Virus record (IMG/VR): IMGVR_UViG_3300025836_000013
Span: 1-42,266 of that record
Reading direction: 5' to 3' (one strand)
Source: a virus
Lineage: Duplodnaviria; Caudoviricetes
DNA length: 42,266 nt
The notes under the pieces are model-generated. The model made no database searches, was not told the origin of the DNA, and saw nothing but the letters and a program-made list of their open reading frames with translations. Shown one piece after another: positions 10,019 to 18,332 of this stretch. Made by a program: the position numbers and the translations under genes. Position 1 is the first letter of the stretch, and the number at the start of each line of letters is the position of its first letter.

Positions 10019-10524
10019 TCCGCACCCTCCGTGTCCTTCCCCGCCTTCATCGCATGCAAGCCGTAGACCTCGACAATCAGCACCATGAGCATGGGAAAGG
10101 CGTCGAGGTCCAGCTGCGTATTCATGTCCTCATACGTCAGTTCACCTGGGAGTGGAATGTCTTTCTTGCCTTGTGGGCGGTCAACAATATCAGCCCAGTG
10201 AGCAAGGCAATAGACGGCAGCTATCACGTCCGGGATCATGTCCGCAACATCGATCTTATCTTTGACATCCAGTATCGAGTCAGGATCGACGACCTCATCC
10301 GCCGGAAGCTGCTCGACCGGGACGCCAAGCGCCTCAGCGTGCGCGTCATTTACTCGTTTGGCGGCCATGCCTGCCGACAGTTGACGCTGCAGCAGCCTGA
10401 TTAGATCATCAAGCCGCTTGTGCGTCAGAGCCTTAAACCAGCCTGGCGCGGCGAGGGTCAGCCTCAAATGACGGGTCTTCCCCAGAAGTTCGACTGGAAC
10501 AGATTCAACTGTGGTGAAGTCCAT
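9937..10524 (-). CDS. Tail assembly chaperone (gpG-like)
   Basis: Between major tail and tape measure genes; ATG 10524 after AGGAGG. Confidence 0.8.
   Translation of the reverse strand: MDFTTVESVPVELLGKTRHLRLTLAAPGWFKALTHKRLDDLIRLLQRQLSAGMAAKRVNDAHAEALGVPVEQLPADEVVDPDSILDVKDKIDVADMIPDVIAAVYCLAHWADIVDRPQGKKDIPLPGELTYEDMNTQLDLDAFPMLMVLIVEVYGLHAMKAGKDTEGADPNAATPVLPSSGELPASPSDLPTTNS
10012..10018 (-). other. Programmed -1 ribosomal frameshift site C CCA AAC
   Basis: X XXY YYZ heptamer in the correct phase near the end of gpG, joining it to the gpT-like frame. Confidence 0.8.
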
Positions 10525-10540
10525 GGTTCCTCCTATATGT

Positions 10541-10563
10541 GGGGCAGGGGATTGGCCTGCCCC
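10541..10563 (-). other. GC-rich hairpin after major tail gene
   Basis: GGGGCAGG-CCAATCC-CCTGCCCC; no U-tract. Confidence 0.6.
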
Positions 10564-10576
10564 ATGTGTGTTTACG

Positions 10577-11296
10577 CTACGCTGAAGCTCTGGCGACGTG
10601 AACCAGGTAAGTCTTGGAGACCTTCCCTGTTTCCTGAACCACAATCGAGACGTCTGTAATCGACCCGGCAGCGCCTAGAGCAATTGCGCTCGAATCAGCA
10701 CCACTAGTAACGATTGCGCCATTGACTGTAATGACTCCTGCCGAGGCTGTCGGCTTGACGACGACCGAAGTTGTCGCTGTCACCTGGTTATTGACAAACA
10801 CGCCCGGTGTCGCACTGGCCACAGGAACGTTCACCCCAGCCGGTGTGAATACGAAGAATGTGGTGGTGAGTCCGGCGCTGAGCGTCTTGTTCAGGGTCAC
10901 GGCCCCGGAGACCTTCAAGGTAACATCGAAGCCGACCGCATCACCCTTTGTGGTGAATGGCGTGACGCCGAACTTCAGGACAACCGCCGAGAATGCAAAG
11001 CTCGCGCCCCATGCTGTCGGAAACACGAGCGTGTAGGCATGAACCAAACCATCTGCCTGATCCGCCAGGAGCAGGGCCTGCCCGGCATCAGCGAGAATCA
11101 GATTGCCAGTAAGTTTGACGTCATCGGATGATCTCATGCCTCCGATGAACTCTGCCATGCGGCCGACGCTGTCATGATTGGTGACGTCGATCGTCTCGGC
11201 GTTGAACGATGGCGGCGTGAGGGATGTAATTTCTGCAATAGGGACAATACCCCGCAGCAGGCTTACTCCAAATGAAGTTAATGCTTGTGAACCCAT
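10577..11296 (-). CDS. Major tail tube protein with C-terminal cadherin-like beta-sandwich
   Basis: IAEITSLTPP...AETIDVTNHDS...EFIGG tube motif; C-terminal ITVNG...KTYLVHVAR. Confidence 0.88.
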   Translation of the reverse strand: MGSQALTSFGVSLLRGIVPIAEITSLTPPSFNAETIDVTNHDSVGRMAEFIGGMRSSDDVKLTGNLILADAGQALLLADQADGLVHAYTLVFPTAWGASFAFSAVVLKFGVTPFTTKGDAVGFDVTLKVSGAVTLNKTLSAGLTTTFFVFTPAGVNVPVASATPGVFVNNQVTATTSVVVKPTASAGVITVNGAIVTSGADSSAIALGAAGSITDVSIVVQETGKVSKTYLVHVARASA

Positions 11297-11306
11297 ATGA
11301 GCCTCC

Positions 11307-11681
11307 TCAGGCTACAAACCAAATGAACATATCGACAATCACCGCGAATAAAGCGGTCGCTGGATCATACATTGGGATTATGTTTTCTATGAATACCTGC
11401 ACACTAGACCACGTTTCTAGGGCTTCCAAGACTTGCACATTGATCGCTTTGGCTGCTCCAAGTGAAGAGGCATAAGATGAAAGCTGCATGCGGGGGTGCC
11501 GGAGACTGTTGCGCCCGCTATGGCTATATTCGGGAATGTCGTCGATCTCCTGGAATACCACATACGGCACAAGAGTGCCCTGCGCTATGGTCACTGCGGC
11601 AATATGCGTCGCCGGAACAAGCGCGATAAGCGGAGAGTAGGTACTCAGTCGTGTGAACAGGGCTGCGTCGAGGTCTGTCAT
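11307..11681 (-). CDS. Tail terminator / completion protein (DUF3168-like)
   Basis: Synteny; PYVVFQEI and RMQLSSYA motifs. Confidence 0.75.
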   Translation of the reverse strand: MTDLDAALFTRLSTYSPLIALVPATHIAAVTIAQGTLVPYVVFQEIDDIPEYSHSGRNSLRHPRMQLSSYASSLGAAKAINVQVLEALETWSSVQVFIENIIPMYDPATALFAVIVDMFIWFVA

Positions 11682-12085
11682 AGTTTGATGTTCTCCAATT
11701 CTTCATTCAACGTCGCAACAAAGATGTCGATAAGCTTCTCCTTCTCCACATCCATCGTCGAGCGCATCATAGGGTGCGCGGGCGTCGTCGGGAACCCGAA
11801 TTCCTGGGCCATTGCGACGGCCGTCTTGGCCTTGTTCGGACCCACGTTCACCACTGTATTTTCGCCATCCTTATGCGTCGCGCCCGCCATGAAGCTATTT
11901 TTGAGTCTCACGCGCGGATTATCGCGACCGACGTAGGTCGCCCGTTCTATCCTTACAACAAGGTATGCGGCAGCGTTCTGCAAGGCCTGTGCCACCTTAT
12001 GTTTTGCGACACGCTCCGACAAGCTTTTCAGCTTGGCGTCGCAGTTCTCTAGTCCAGTGATAGAAATCGTTATGCGGTCAGACAT
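11678..12085 (-). CDS. HK97 gp10-like tail completion protein
   Basis: ITGLE...QEFG...PAHPMMR motifs. Confidence 0.8.
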   Translation of the reverse strand: MSDRITISITGLENCDAKLKSLSERVAKHKVAQALQNAAAYLVVRIERATYVGRDNPRVRLKNSFMAGATHKDGENTVVNVGPNKAKTAVAMAQEFGFPTTPAHPMMRSTMDVEKEKLIDIFVATLNEELENIKL

Positions 12086-12645
12086 GCTACCACCCTAGCT
12101 TTTCGCAGTCTTCCTAGCTTCGTCTTGTTGTGGCATTCCAGGCAGAGCGTCTTGCCGTTTTCGACAACAAAGCGCTCATCGGGATACTGGGCAAACTCGT
12201 GGATGTGATGCGCTTCAAGTTCAACCGTATATCCCATGCCGTTGCGCGCCCCGCAATCCTGACAGGTATAGGCATCACGTTCAAAGACAGCAGTACGCCA
12301 AGCGTTGTATTTGTCACTGTGCCGGATTGTTTGATTGATTGGGTTAATGCCGCCTCTCCAACCCCCAGACAGAGAACCGATTCTTCCCTTATTTGCAATC
12401 GACAACTTGATCCGAGTTTCATCGGAGAGATGACTGCCTATCTGTCGCGCAGACATATCCGCTCGCCATTCGCTTGATTTTGGCCGCCCCTTGCCCGACG
12501 CAGACATCCTTGCCCGTGCTTCAAGTGATGGGCACCTTCCAGCGTTCGCCATGCCAATCTTTGCCTTAGTTTCATCTGACATATGGCGACCAAGATTCGC
12601 CACCAACAGTTTTGCCTTATGTTCCGCGGTCATAACGTAGCTCAT
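12070..12645 (-). CDS. NUMOD3-HNH homing endonuclease
   Basis: HMSDETKAKI repeats, WRGG, VFERDAYTCQDCG...AHHI...NGKTLCLECH. Confidence 0.88.
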   Translation of the reverse strand: MSYVMTAEHKAKLLVANLGRHMSDETKAKIGMANAGRCPSLEARARMSASGKGRPKSSEWRADMSARQIGSHLSDETRIKLSIANKGRIGSLSGGWRGGINPINQTIRHSDKYNAWRTAVFERDAYTCQDCGARNGMGYTVELEAHHIHEFAQYPDERFVVENGKTLCLECHNKTKLGRLRKARVVACLTA

Positions 12646-12962
12646 GCGTTGATTTCCTTACACATAAGTTCGAGCGACGAATGTTCCATTGCGGGATCAA
12701 TGAGGTACAAGATGACGTAGACATGCGTACCGTAACTGATTTGCATATCCTCTTCCACCGTCGCAAGGTAGCGAATCGTGATTTTCAGGGTAATTTCGCT
12801 CTGCGCCTGCTTGGATGCAAACAGCGCCCGCCCTTCCAGGGGTTCTACGGCAGCCCACACCGTCGCCAGGGCCGTGAAGCCCACAACAGGTTGCCCGTAA
12901 GCGTCCTGTGTCGTGGACGGATACTGTATCGTGACTCTGCGGTTCAGGCGGCTGCTATCCAT
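12642..12962 (-). CDS. Head closure / head-tail adaptor
   Basis: LNRRVTIQ...DAYGQ...TVWAAVEPLEGR...ITIRY. Confidence 0.88.
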   Translation of the reverse strand: MDSSRLNRRVTIQYPSTTQDAYGQPVVGFTALATVWAAVEPLEGRALFASKQAQSEITLKITIRYLATVEEDMQISYGTHVYVILYLIDPAMEHSSLELMCKEINA

Positions 12963-13742
12963 CTACAGGTACCAGTGATAGAGACTCAGGAGTGCTTCGA
13001 CGGCGTGCGGGAGAGCCGCGACAATATGTCCGCTGATGATGCTCGCCCGGTTGTCATACCATTCCTCAATCAACAGAAGCATGGCCTGAGTCAGTGGAGC
13101 AGGCACCGCGGCGACCGTGCCATACACGAGTGCAAAGTGCACAGTGAACGGCAACACAGGAGGAGTGGCAAATGCCACCGCGCCCGCTGTGACGGTATAG
13201 TCGGCTGGTGGAATGACCTGTGGATCCCCGTTGCCGTCGACATAAGTGACAGACGACACGCTAAGCGTCTCCGTCGGTGCACCATACCCGGCGGTGAACG
13301 TGATGGTGATCGGATAGCCAGCCGTTGCAACCTCCGGCCAGCTGAAGGCCGAGGATGGTTCGATGGTCCCAGGGTCGCCCGGACTGACCACGTACTCGGT
13401 TGCCGGTAGCGTGTGGGGCGTATTGCTTGCGTCCAGGTAGGTGATGGACACGACTGACTGGAGCGGGGGCCTCGGCATGACGACCTTGGTACCCCACGCA
13501 TTTCGTGACATCCTGCTCCACGCGCCCCTGAACAGACTCGTCCAGCAGATGTGCTGCCAGGTCCACGTTTGGGTGACCAGCGCCCGCCCCGTGGTCTCTT
13601 CGACATATGCGCGGGCTGCCGTGATCAGAGCGCTAATAGAGGCATCCTCGTCGGCGGTCTCCATCTTTGCCTGTACCTTACCCTGAACCAGCGTGACCGG
13701 TTCGACAGCAGGCGGTACTGAGAGCAACAGGATGTCGTCCAT
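12963..13742 (-). CDS. Head-tail connector (HK97 gp6 / phiE125 gp8-like)
   Basis: PPAVEPVTL, LITAARAYVE.TGRALVTQTW, AMLLLIEEWYDNR. Confidence 0.88.
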   Translation of the reverse strand: MDDILLLSVPPAVEPVTLVQGKVQAKMETADEDASISALITAARAYVEETTGRALVTQTWTWQHICWTSLFRGAWSRMSRNAWGTKVVMPRPPLQSVVSITYLDASNTPHTLPATEYVVSPGDPGTIEPSSAFSWPEVATAGYPITITFTAGYGAPTETLSVSSVTYVDGNGDPQVIPPADYTVTAGAVAFATPPVLPFTVHFALVYGTVAAVPAPLTQAMLLLIEEWYDNRASIISGHIVAALPHAVEALLSLYHWYL

Positions 13743-13745
13743 GGC

Positions 13746-14147
13746 TTATGCGCCCGCGAGGACGGCTTTGGCGGCTGCCGCAATGAGCAGGTCCTTCTGC
13801 TGCTTGTTCGCAAGATACTCGAGGTACTCAGGATCCTGTGCCTTGATCTGCGCGAGCGTAAGCGGCTTGTCCTTGTACTCGCCGTTGTGGTACTTCCCGA
13901 AGTCCGGCACGAGATCACCGGGGTTTGCGGGAGTGACCGGAACCTCAGTTACTGGGGTTTCGTTTCTTGTCTCGACCATGGCGGAGACCGGTTTCGCCGG
14001 CGCAAGCATGGCCGTTTCGATGACGCCGCCAAGCGGAATGGCGTAGCCACCAGCGATATAGCGACGGGCCTCTTCATCAGGACATTCACAATCGCCCTGG
14101 AAGATCCCAGCCGGTCCCGCAGCAAGTGTATTCATGTGAATTCTCAT
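13746..14147 (-). CDS. Hypothetical protein downstream of capsid gene
   Basis: 133 aa; AAGGAG RBS; EEARRYIAGGYA; C-terminal FGKY...DPEYLEYL small domain. Confidence 0.7.
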   Translation of the reverse strand: MRIHMNTLAAGPAGIFQGDCECPDEEARRYIAGGYAIPLGGVIETAMLAPAKPVSAMVETRNETPVTEVPVTPANPGDLVPDFGKYHNGEYKDKPLTLAQIKAQDPEYLEYLANKQQKDLLIAAAAKAVLAGA

Positions 14148-14160
14148 AAGTCTCCTTAAG

Positions 14161-14183
14161 GGGGCGAGTGATTGGCCCGCCCC
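14161..14183 (-). other. GC-rich hairpin after major capsid gene
   Basis: GGGGCGGG-CCAATCA-CTCGCCCC; same loop core as 10541-10563. Confidence 0.6.
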
Positions 14184-14196
14184 TCATCACTATTGA

Positions 14197-15495
14197 CTAG
14201 GTAGCAGCGAGCTTCAGGCGGACGAATGCCTGAGCGTCGATCGGGCCACCATCCGTAAACTTGCGACCAATAAAGCCAACCTTGGAGTTGCGCGCAAGGA
14301 GTTCGTTCAGACGCTGGATGGTCACGTCCATCAGATCAGCGATAAAATAACCCTTGTTCCAGTTGACCAGGGCTCCAAAGTACAAGCCCGCAGTGAACGT
14401 GTTCGGAGAATACTCGCTCTCGTCGACAGGGAAGCCGTCGATTGTATCAGCGACACCGGCGATGAGTGAAGGCTGCCACATGTAGCTGCCGTTGACCGCA
14501 TCTTTGAACAAATAGATTTTCGACAGAGCATCAGTACAGAGCAACCAGCGAGCACCTGAACGATAGGTAGGACGCAGCATGAATCGAGCTGCACGCAGGA
14601 TATCGGACGTGAATGCCGTTGTGGTCGTCGCAGTAATACAATCACGACTAGTCGGGATAGCTCCCGTGCCAGTTGTGGCGAAGATCCCGAGAGGCTTGCC
14701 TGAGCCGTCGCCGGTCAGAAATGCCTTCTCTTCAGCCATGGCGAACTTTGCCGCCATACGGTCCCTGATGATACTCTCAGGAGAGAGAGCAGCCGTCCGC
14801 AGGAGCTTCATGCTGACGTCGATCTCCTTCGTCAGCTGGTTCGGCTTGAACTCGCGCTGAGTGAACTGTCCGCTCTCATCGGGTACGATCGTCCCGACTT
14901 CGGGTGTCCAGTCTGCATCCGCGAAATCCGTAGTCAATGCCGGGAAGCCGATGGAATCCGAGGTTGTGACCGGGACCACCTGAGCATAGCGACGGATGAA
15001 AACCTCAGCATCCTCACTCTGGAGGAGCTTAGCAACCCACTGGATAGGAGAATGCAGATATCCGCCGTCCTCATCCACGTCGTTGGCAAGGGCCGCAGCA
15101 ACACGCTGTTCGCCCATGAGATACTTCCTGAAGAACGTACCATATTCCTTGCTCGCCCTGTGCTGGAACTGAGGGTCTGCCCCTTCGCCAGTCAGGTTGA
15201 TACCCCGATATTCGACGACCTTGCCGGAAACAGCGTCACGCTGCTCGGGATTATCCTTGCCCCCGACGATCGTGTCACGAGCCTCGTTTAGACCAGCCTC
15301 TTCTGCCTGCAAGCCCAGCTCGCGGTCGATCTGTTCCTTGAACTTCCGGGCATCGGTGAGCATGGCATCATACTGGCCCTTTTCCTCACTGGACATGTCC
15401 CTCTTTTCTTTGAGGGGAAGATCGTTTAGCGCACGAGCCTGACCAATAAGGCCGGCTCGCTTCTGCGCCAATGCATTGAGTTCTGTGAGCGTCAT
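14197..15495 (-). CDS. Major capsid protein, HK97 family
   Basis: Coiled-coil delta domain, DGGYL, AFLTGDGSGKPLGI, VGFIGRKFTDG. Confidence 0.95.
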   Translation of the reverse strand: MTLTELNALAQKRAGLIGQARALNDLPLKEKRDMSSEEKGQYDAMLTDARKFKEQIDRELGLQAEEAGLNEARDTIVGGKDNPEQRDAVSGKVVEYRGINLTGEGADPQFQHRASKEYGTFFRKYLMGEQRVAAALANDVDEDGGYLHSPIQWVAKLLQSEDAEVFIRRYAQVVPVTTSDSIGFPALTTDFADADWTPEVGTIVPDESGQFTQREFKPNQLTKEIDVSMKLLRTAALSPESIIRDRMAAKFAMAEEKAFLTGDGSGKPLGIFATTGTGAIPTSRDCITATTTTAFTSDILRAARFMLRPTYRSGARWLLCTDALSKIYLFKDAVNGSYMWQPSLIAGVADTIDGFPVDESEYSPNTFTAGLYFGALVNWNKGYFIADLMDVTIQRLNELLARNSKVGFIGRKFTDGGPIDAQAFVRLKLAAT

Positions 15496-15515
15496 ATTGT
15501 TATCCTTTTGAGGGC

Positions 15516-16163
15516 TTAACCCTCAAGTTCGAGCTCTTTCCGGCGAGCCTCATTGGCCGTCAAGTAATCCTCAGTTGGTTCCTTGCTATCGTCAGAGTGC
15601 GCATCCTTGCGCGGCTCCTGGACTTCGCTTTTTGATACTGCTGCACGGTGCTCAGCTAGAATAGATTCAGCTGATCTGCCACCAATGCCGATATCGGTCG
15701 TTGGATAGGCGGGAAAAGTCACGGGTGAAACATCGAATAATTTGACTTCTTTGAGGGTGCGAATCGGATTATTGGGATCCGACTCATCCCACTCTTCCTG
15801 TATGGTTTGGAAGGCGAAACTCATCTGGTCCAGATCTTTTCGCTTAACCGACACCATCAGATCGCGGCCCAACGTCGTGTCTGGCATATCAATTTCCGTG
15901 GCAAGTCCCGTGTCGTCTTCATGCAGCCTCAATGTTCCTGATTTGGTACGTCCTAGCAGATGATTGGCGTCGTGGTTGAATAAAGCGCGAACGTCGGCAT
16001 TATCAGCAAGGGTCTTCTTGAACGCACCGGGAGCAACCTTTTCGCTGAAGAAGCCCAGGTCAACAACCGTGTTAAAAACTGCAGCATGGCCGACAAGAAC
16101 ATGACCATCGTCGACAGCGCGAACCTCATCCAAACTAAACGTGCGATATTCTCTTTCAGGCAT
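15516..16163 (-). CDS. Prohead protease, HK97 family
   Basis: GHAAVFN, ALFNHD, LGRTKSGTL, MSFAF, DVSPVTFPAY. Confidence 0.95.
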   Translation of the reverse strand: MPEREYRTFSLDEVRAVDDGHVLVGHAAVFNTVVDLGFFSEKVAPGAFKKTLADNADVRALFNHDANHLLGRTKSGTLRLHEDDTGLATEIDMPDTTLGRDLMVSVKRKDLDQMSFAFQTIQEEWDESDPNNPIRTLKEVKLFDVSPVTFPAYPTTDIGIGGRSAESILAEHRAAVSKSEVQEPRKDAHSDDSKEPTEDYLTANEARRKELELEG

Positions 16164-16172
16164 ACGTACCTC

Positions 16173-16619
16173 CTACGTCCAGTCTTCAGTCAAAAACTGT
16201 CCAGCAAGTGCGTTGATTTCTGCCATACCCTTGCCGGTCTGTTGGTTGTGCCAAATGCTGCGATGCAACTTACGCGGAAGGTAGATGACATCCTTCACAT
16301 TTATGTGATGCCCCTCACAACCGGGAAACCAACTGTTTAGGGGATTGAAGCCAAAGACGCGACGCTTAGCGTGCATCTTGGCGTTGTTTACCTGCTTTCC
16401 ACCCCTCCAATGCGCTGCAGAAATCTTTGCCCGCCATTCAGGGGAAAAGATGCGCCCCGTCATGGCCGCAGACATCTTTGCCAGCGTTTCAGCGGTATGG
16501 TGTTTGGGACCCGTACCGGGACGCCCCATACGAGCAACCGATATTTTTGCCCGAGTTTCAGGGGACATAATGCGCCCCATGGCTACCGCAGAAAGTTTTG
16601 CCCTAGTCTCGTCAGTCAT
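16173..16619 (-). CDS. NUMOD3-repeat homing endonuclease (paralog of 9049-9672)
   Basis: ETRAK repeats, WRGG; C-terminus nearly identical to 9049-9672, ending NALAGQFLTEDWT. Confidence 0.8.
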   Translation of the reverse strand: MTDETRAKLSAVAMGRIMSPETRAKISVARMGRPGTGPKHHTAETLAKMSAAMTGRIFSPEWRAKISAAHWRGGKQVNNAKMHAKRRVFGFNPLNSWFPGCEGHHINVKDVIYLPRKLHRSIWHNQQTGKGMAEINALAGQFLTEDWT

Positions 16620-18321
16620 GGTGCACCGCTGCTAATTGTGCCTCAATCGTTGTCATAACCTCATTCGCAAGAGCCAAAGATGACCGATTCGCATAGAAAC
16701 TCTCGACGGCAAATATCAAGTCCTGCTTCTCGGACTCTGCCTGTACGACACGAGTCATCAATGCCGCCCCTTCAGACAGGCTGTAATGCCTTGCCTGGAC
16801 TGCTGAAAACAGCTCAGTCGTGGCATCATCTACGCTATTTCCATTCCCGACTGCACGGATTGTTGACGCAATAGGTGCTGAAAGTCGCTGTTTAGCGAAG
16901 GTTTCAAGTGATGTAACCATATAATCGGCCAACCACGAGGAAAAGCCCTGAACGTCGCCTACTGCAAGGAGTTTCCGCGCCTCTTTCAGCACGTCCTCGG
17001 ATTCGCGCTTGGCAATGTGGTCAAACGCGTCCGACAGGACAGGTTCGACGACAGAACGTCCAACCACAAAAGTGGGTGCCGGAACATCAGACGCAACGGG
17101 CGCCGGAACAGCCGTCGGTGTGGGAGGGGTACCCGCTTCGACCATATTCAACGGTTGGAGATAGACTTTTCCCTTGTCATCGGGCAATGGGTTCATGTTT
17201 TCAAGGCTTCTGACGTCATCTGCCGACATCCAGCCCCAGTTACGAGCAACGGCATAGGCGGCATACCGACTCGCCACGTCGCCTCGCATAAAGCCGTCCA
17301 TCTTGAATTCAGCGAAATACTTATAGGTGGAAAAGAGCATGCGATTGAAGCCCTGCTCCAGGCGGACGGCCCATGGCATCAACGAATAGATGCCGAATTG
17401 CAGCCCTAGATTCTCCACGTTCGAGAACGTAGCATGTGTCAAGTCACCGATGAGGTGTGCCGGCACGCGGAACCATCCGGCAATCTCGGACCGTTCATAC
17501 TCCCTGGTTGCCAGCAGCTGCGCGTCCTCAGCATTGAGGGCGATGCTCTTGTAGTCCAGGCCACCGTCCAGGATGGCGATCTTATGCTGGTTATGTCCAC
17601 TGTGCGCGTCGACCCATGTCTTCGCCATGTCGATCTTCTTCTTCTCATCCGTCATTGGAGCGGCAGTCTGCAGGTATCCGCCGGGTGTGCTGTCATTGCC
17701 AAAGAAGCGGGCGGCGTAGTCCTGAGCGGCTTGGGAGAGTCCCAGCGATTCGCGTTGCATGGTGATTGGTGACTTGCCTAGTAAACCGTCGAAGGACAGG
17801 CCGGGGATATGCAGGACCTCAGCCGGGTCCAGATGACGGACGCCGGTATGCGGAGAGGTGAAGGTATAGACCAAGTTGCCAGTGTTGAAATCGCGCTGCA
17901 CGTCCATCCAGTCGGGGCGCAGCGGCCACAGGGCACACGGCACTCCGGCGCCATTGAACTGAATCTGGGAATAGGAATTTCCCCATAGCAGCAAATGTGC
18001 CATCATGGTTTCACGGTACGTAAACGACGTCATCTCTTTATTGGGTTCATCGTGTAGCACGTGGTAAAGGAGATGGTTTATCGCTGCTGTTTTGCCATTC
18101 TCGTCACGGCTGTAGACCATAAGGGGCATAGAGGCAACTGATTCAGCCAGCACGCGGACGCAAGCATAGACGGTCGGAATATTTATCGCGCTATGCTCGT
18201 TGACGTATGCACCCGATTCCGTTCCGCCTTGTGAGGACAACCAGTTGGCAAGGTTCTCACCAAATGCCGCTTCCGTGGAGCGTTTACCGAATATGCGTTG
18301 CATCATAGTTTGAATGCTCAC
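16612..18321 (-). CDS. Portal protein, HK97 family, with C-terminal extension
   Basis: VYACVRVLAESVASMPL, LLLWGN, EVLHIPG, IAGWFRVPAHLIG. Confidence 0.95.
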   Translation of the reverse strand: MSIQTMMQRIFGKRSTEAAFGENLANWLSSQGGTESGAYVNEHSAINIPTVYACVRVLAESVASMPLMVYSRDENGKTAAINHLLYHVLHDEPNKEMTSFTYRETMMAHLLLWGNSYSQIQFNGAGVPCALWPLRPDWMDVQRDFNTGNLVYTFTSPHTGVRHLDPAEVLHIPGLSFDGLLGKSPITMQRESLGLSQAAQDYAARFFGNDSTPGGYLQTAAPMTDEKKKIDMAKTWVDAHSGHNQHKIAILDGGLDYKSIALNAEDAQLLATREYERSEIAGWFRVPAHLIGDLTHATFSNVENLGLQFGIYSLMPWAVRLEQGFNRMLFSTYKYFAEFKMDGFMRGDVASRYAAYAVARNWGWMSADDVRSLENMNPLPDDKGKVYLQPLNMVEAGTPPTPTAVPAPVASDVPAPTFVVGRSVVEPVLSDAFDHIAKRESEDVLKEARKLLAVGDVQGFSSWLADYMVTSLETFAKQRLSAPIASTIRAVGNGNSVDDATTELFSAVQARHYSLSEGAALMTRVVQAESEKQDLIFAVESFYANRSSLALANEVMTTIEAQLAAVHHD

Positions 18322-18332
18322 CGACTACCTCC

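Noticed and set aside
9049-16619. Group I introns around the homing endonucleases
   Set aside because: Flanking genes are intact and abut the ORFs, leaving no room for intron core structure
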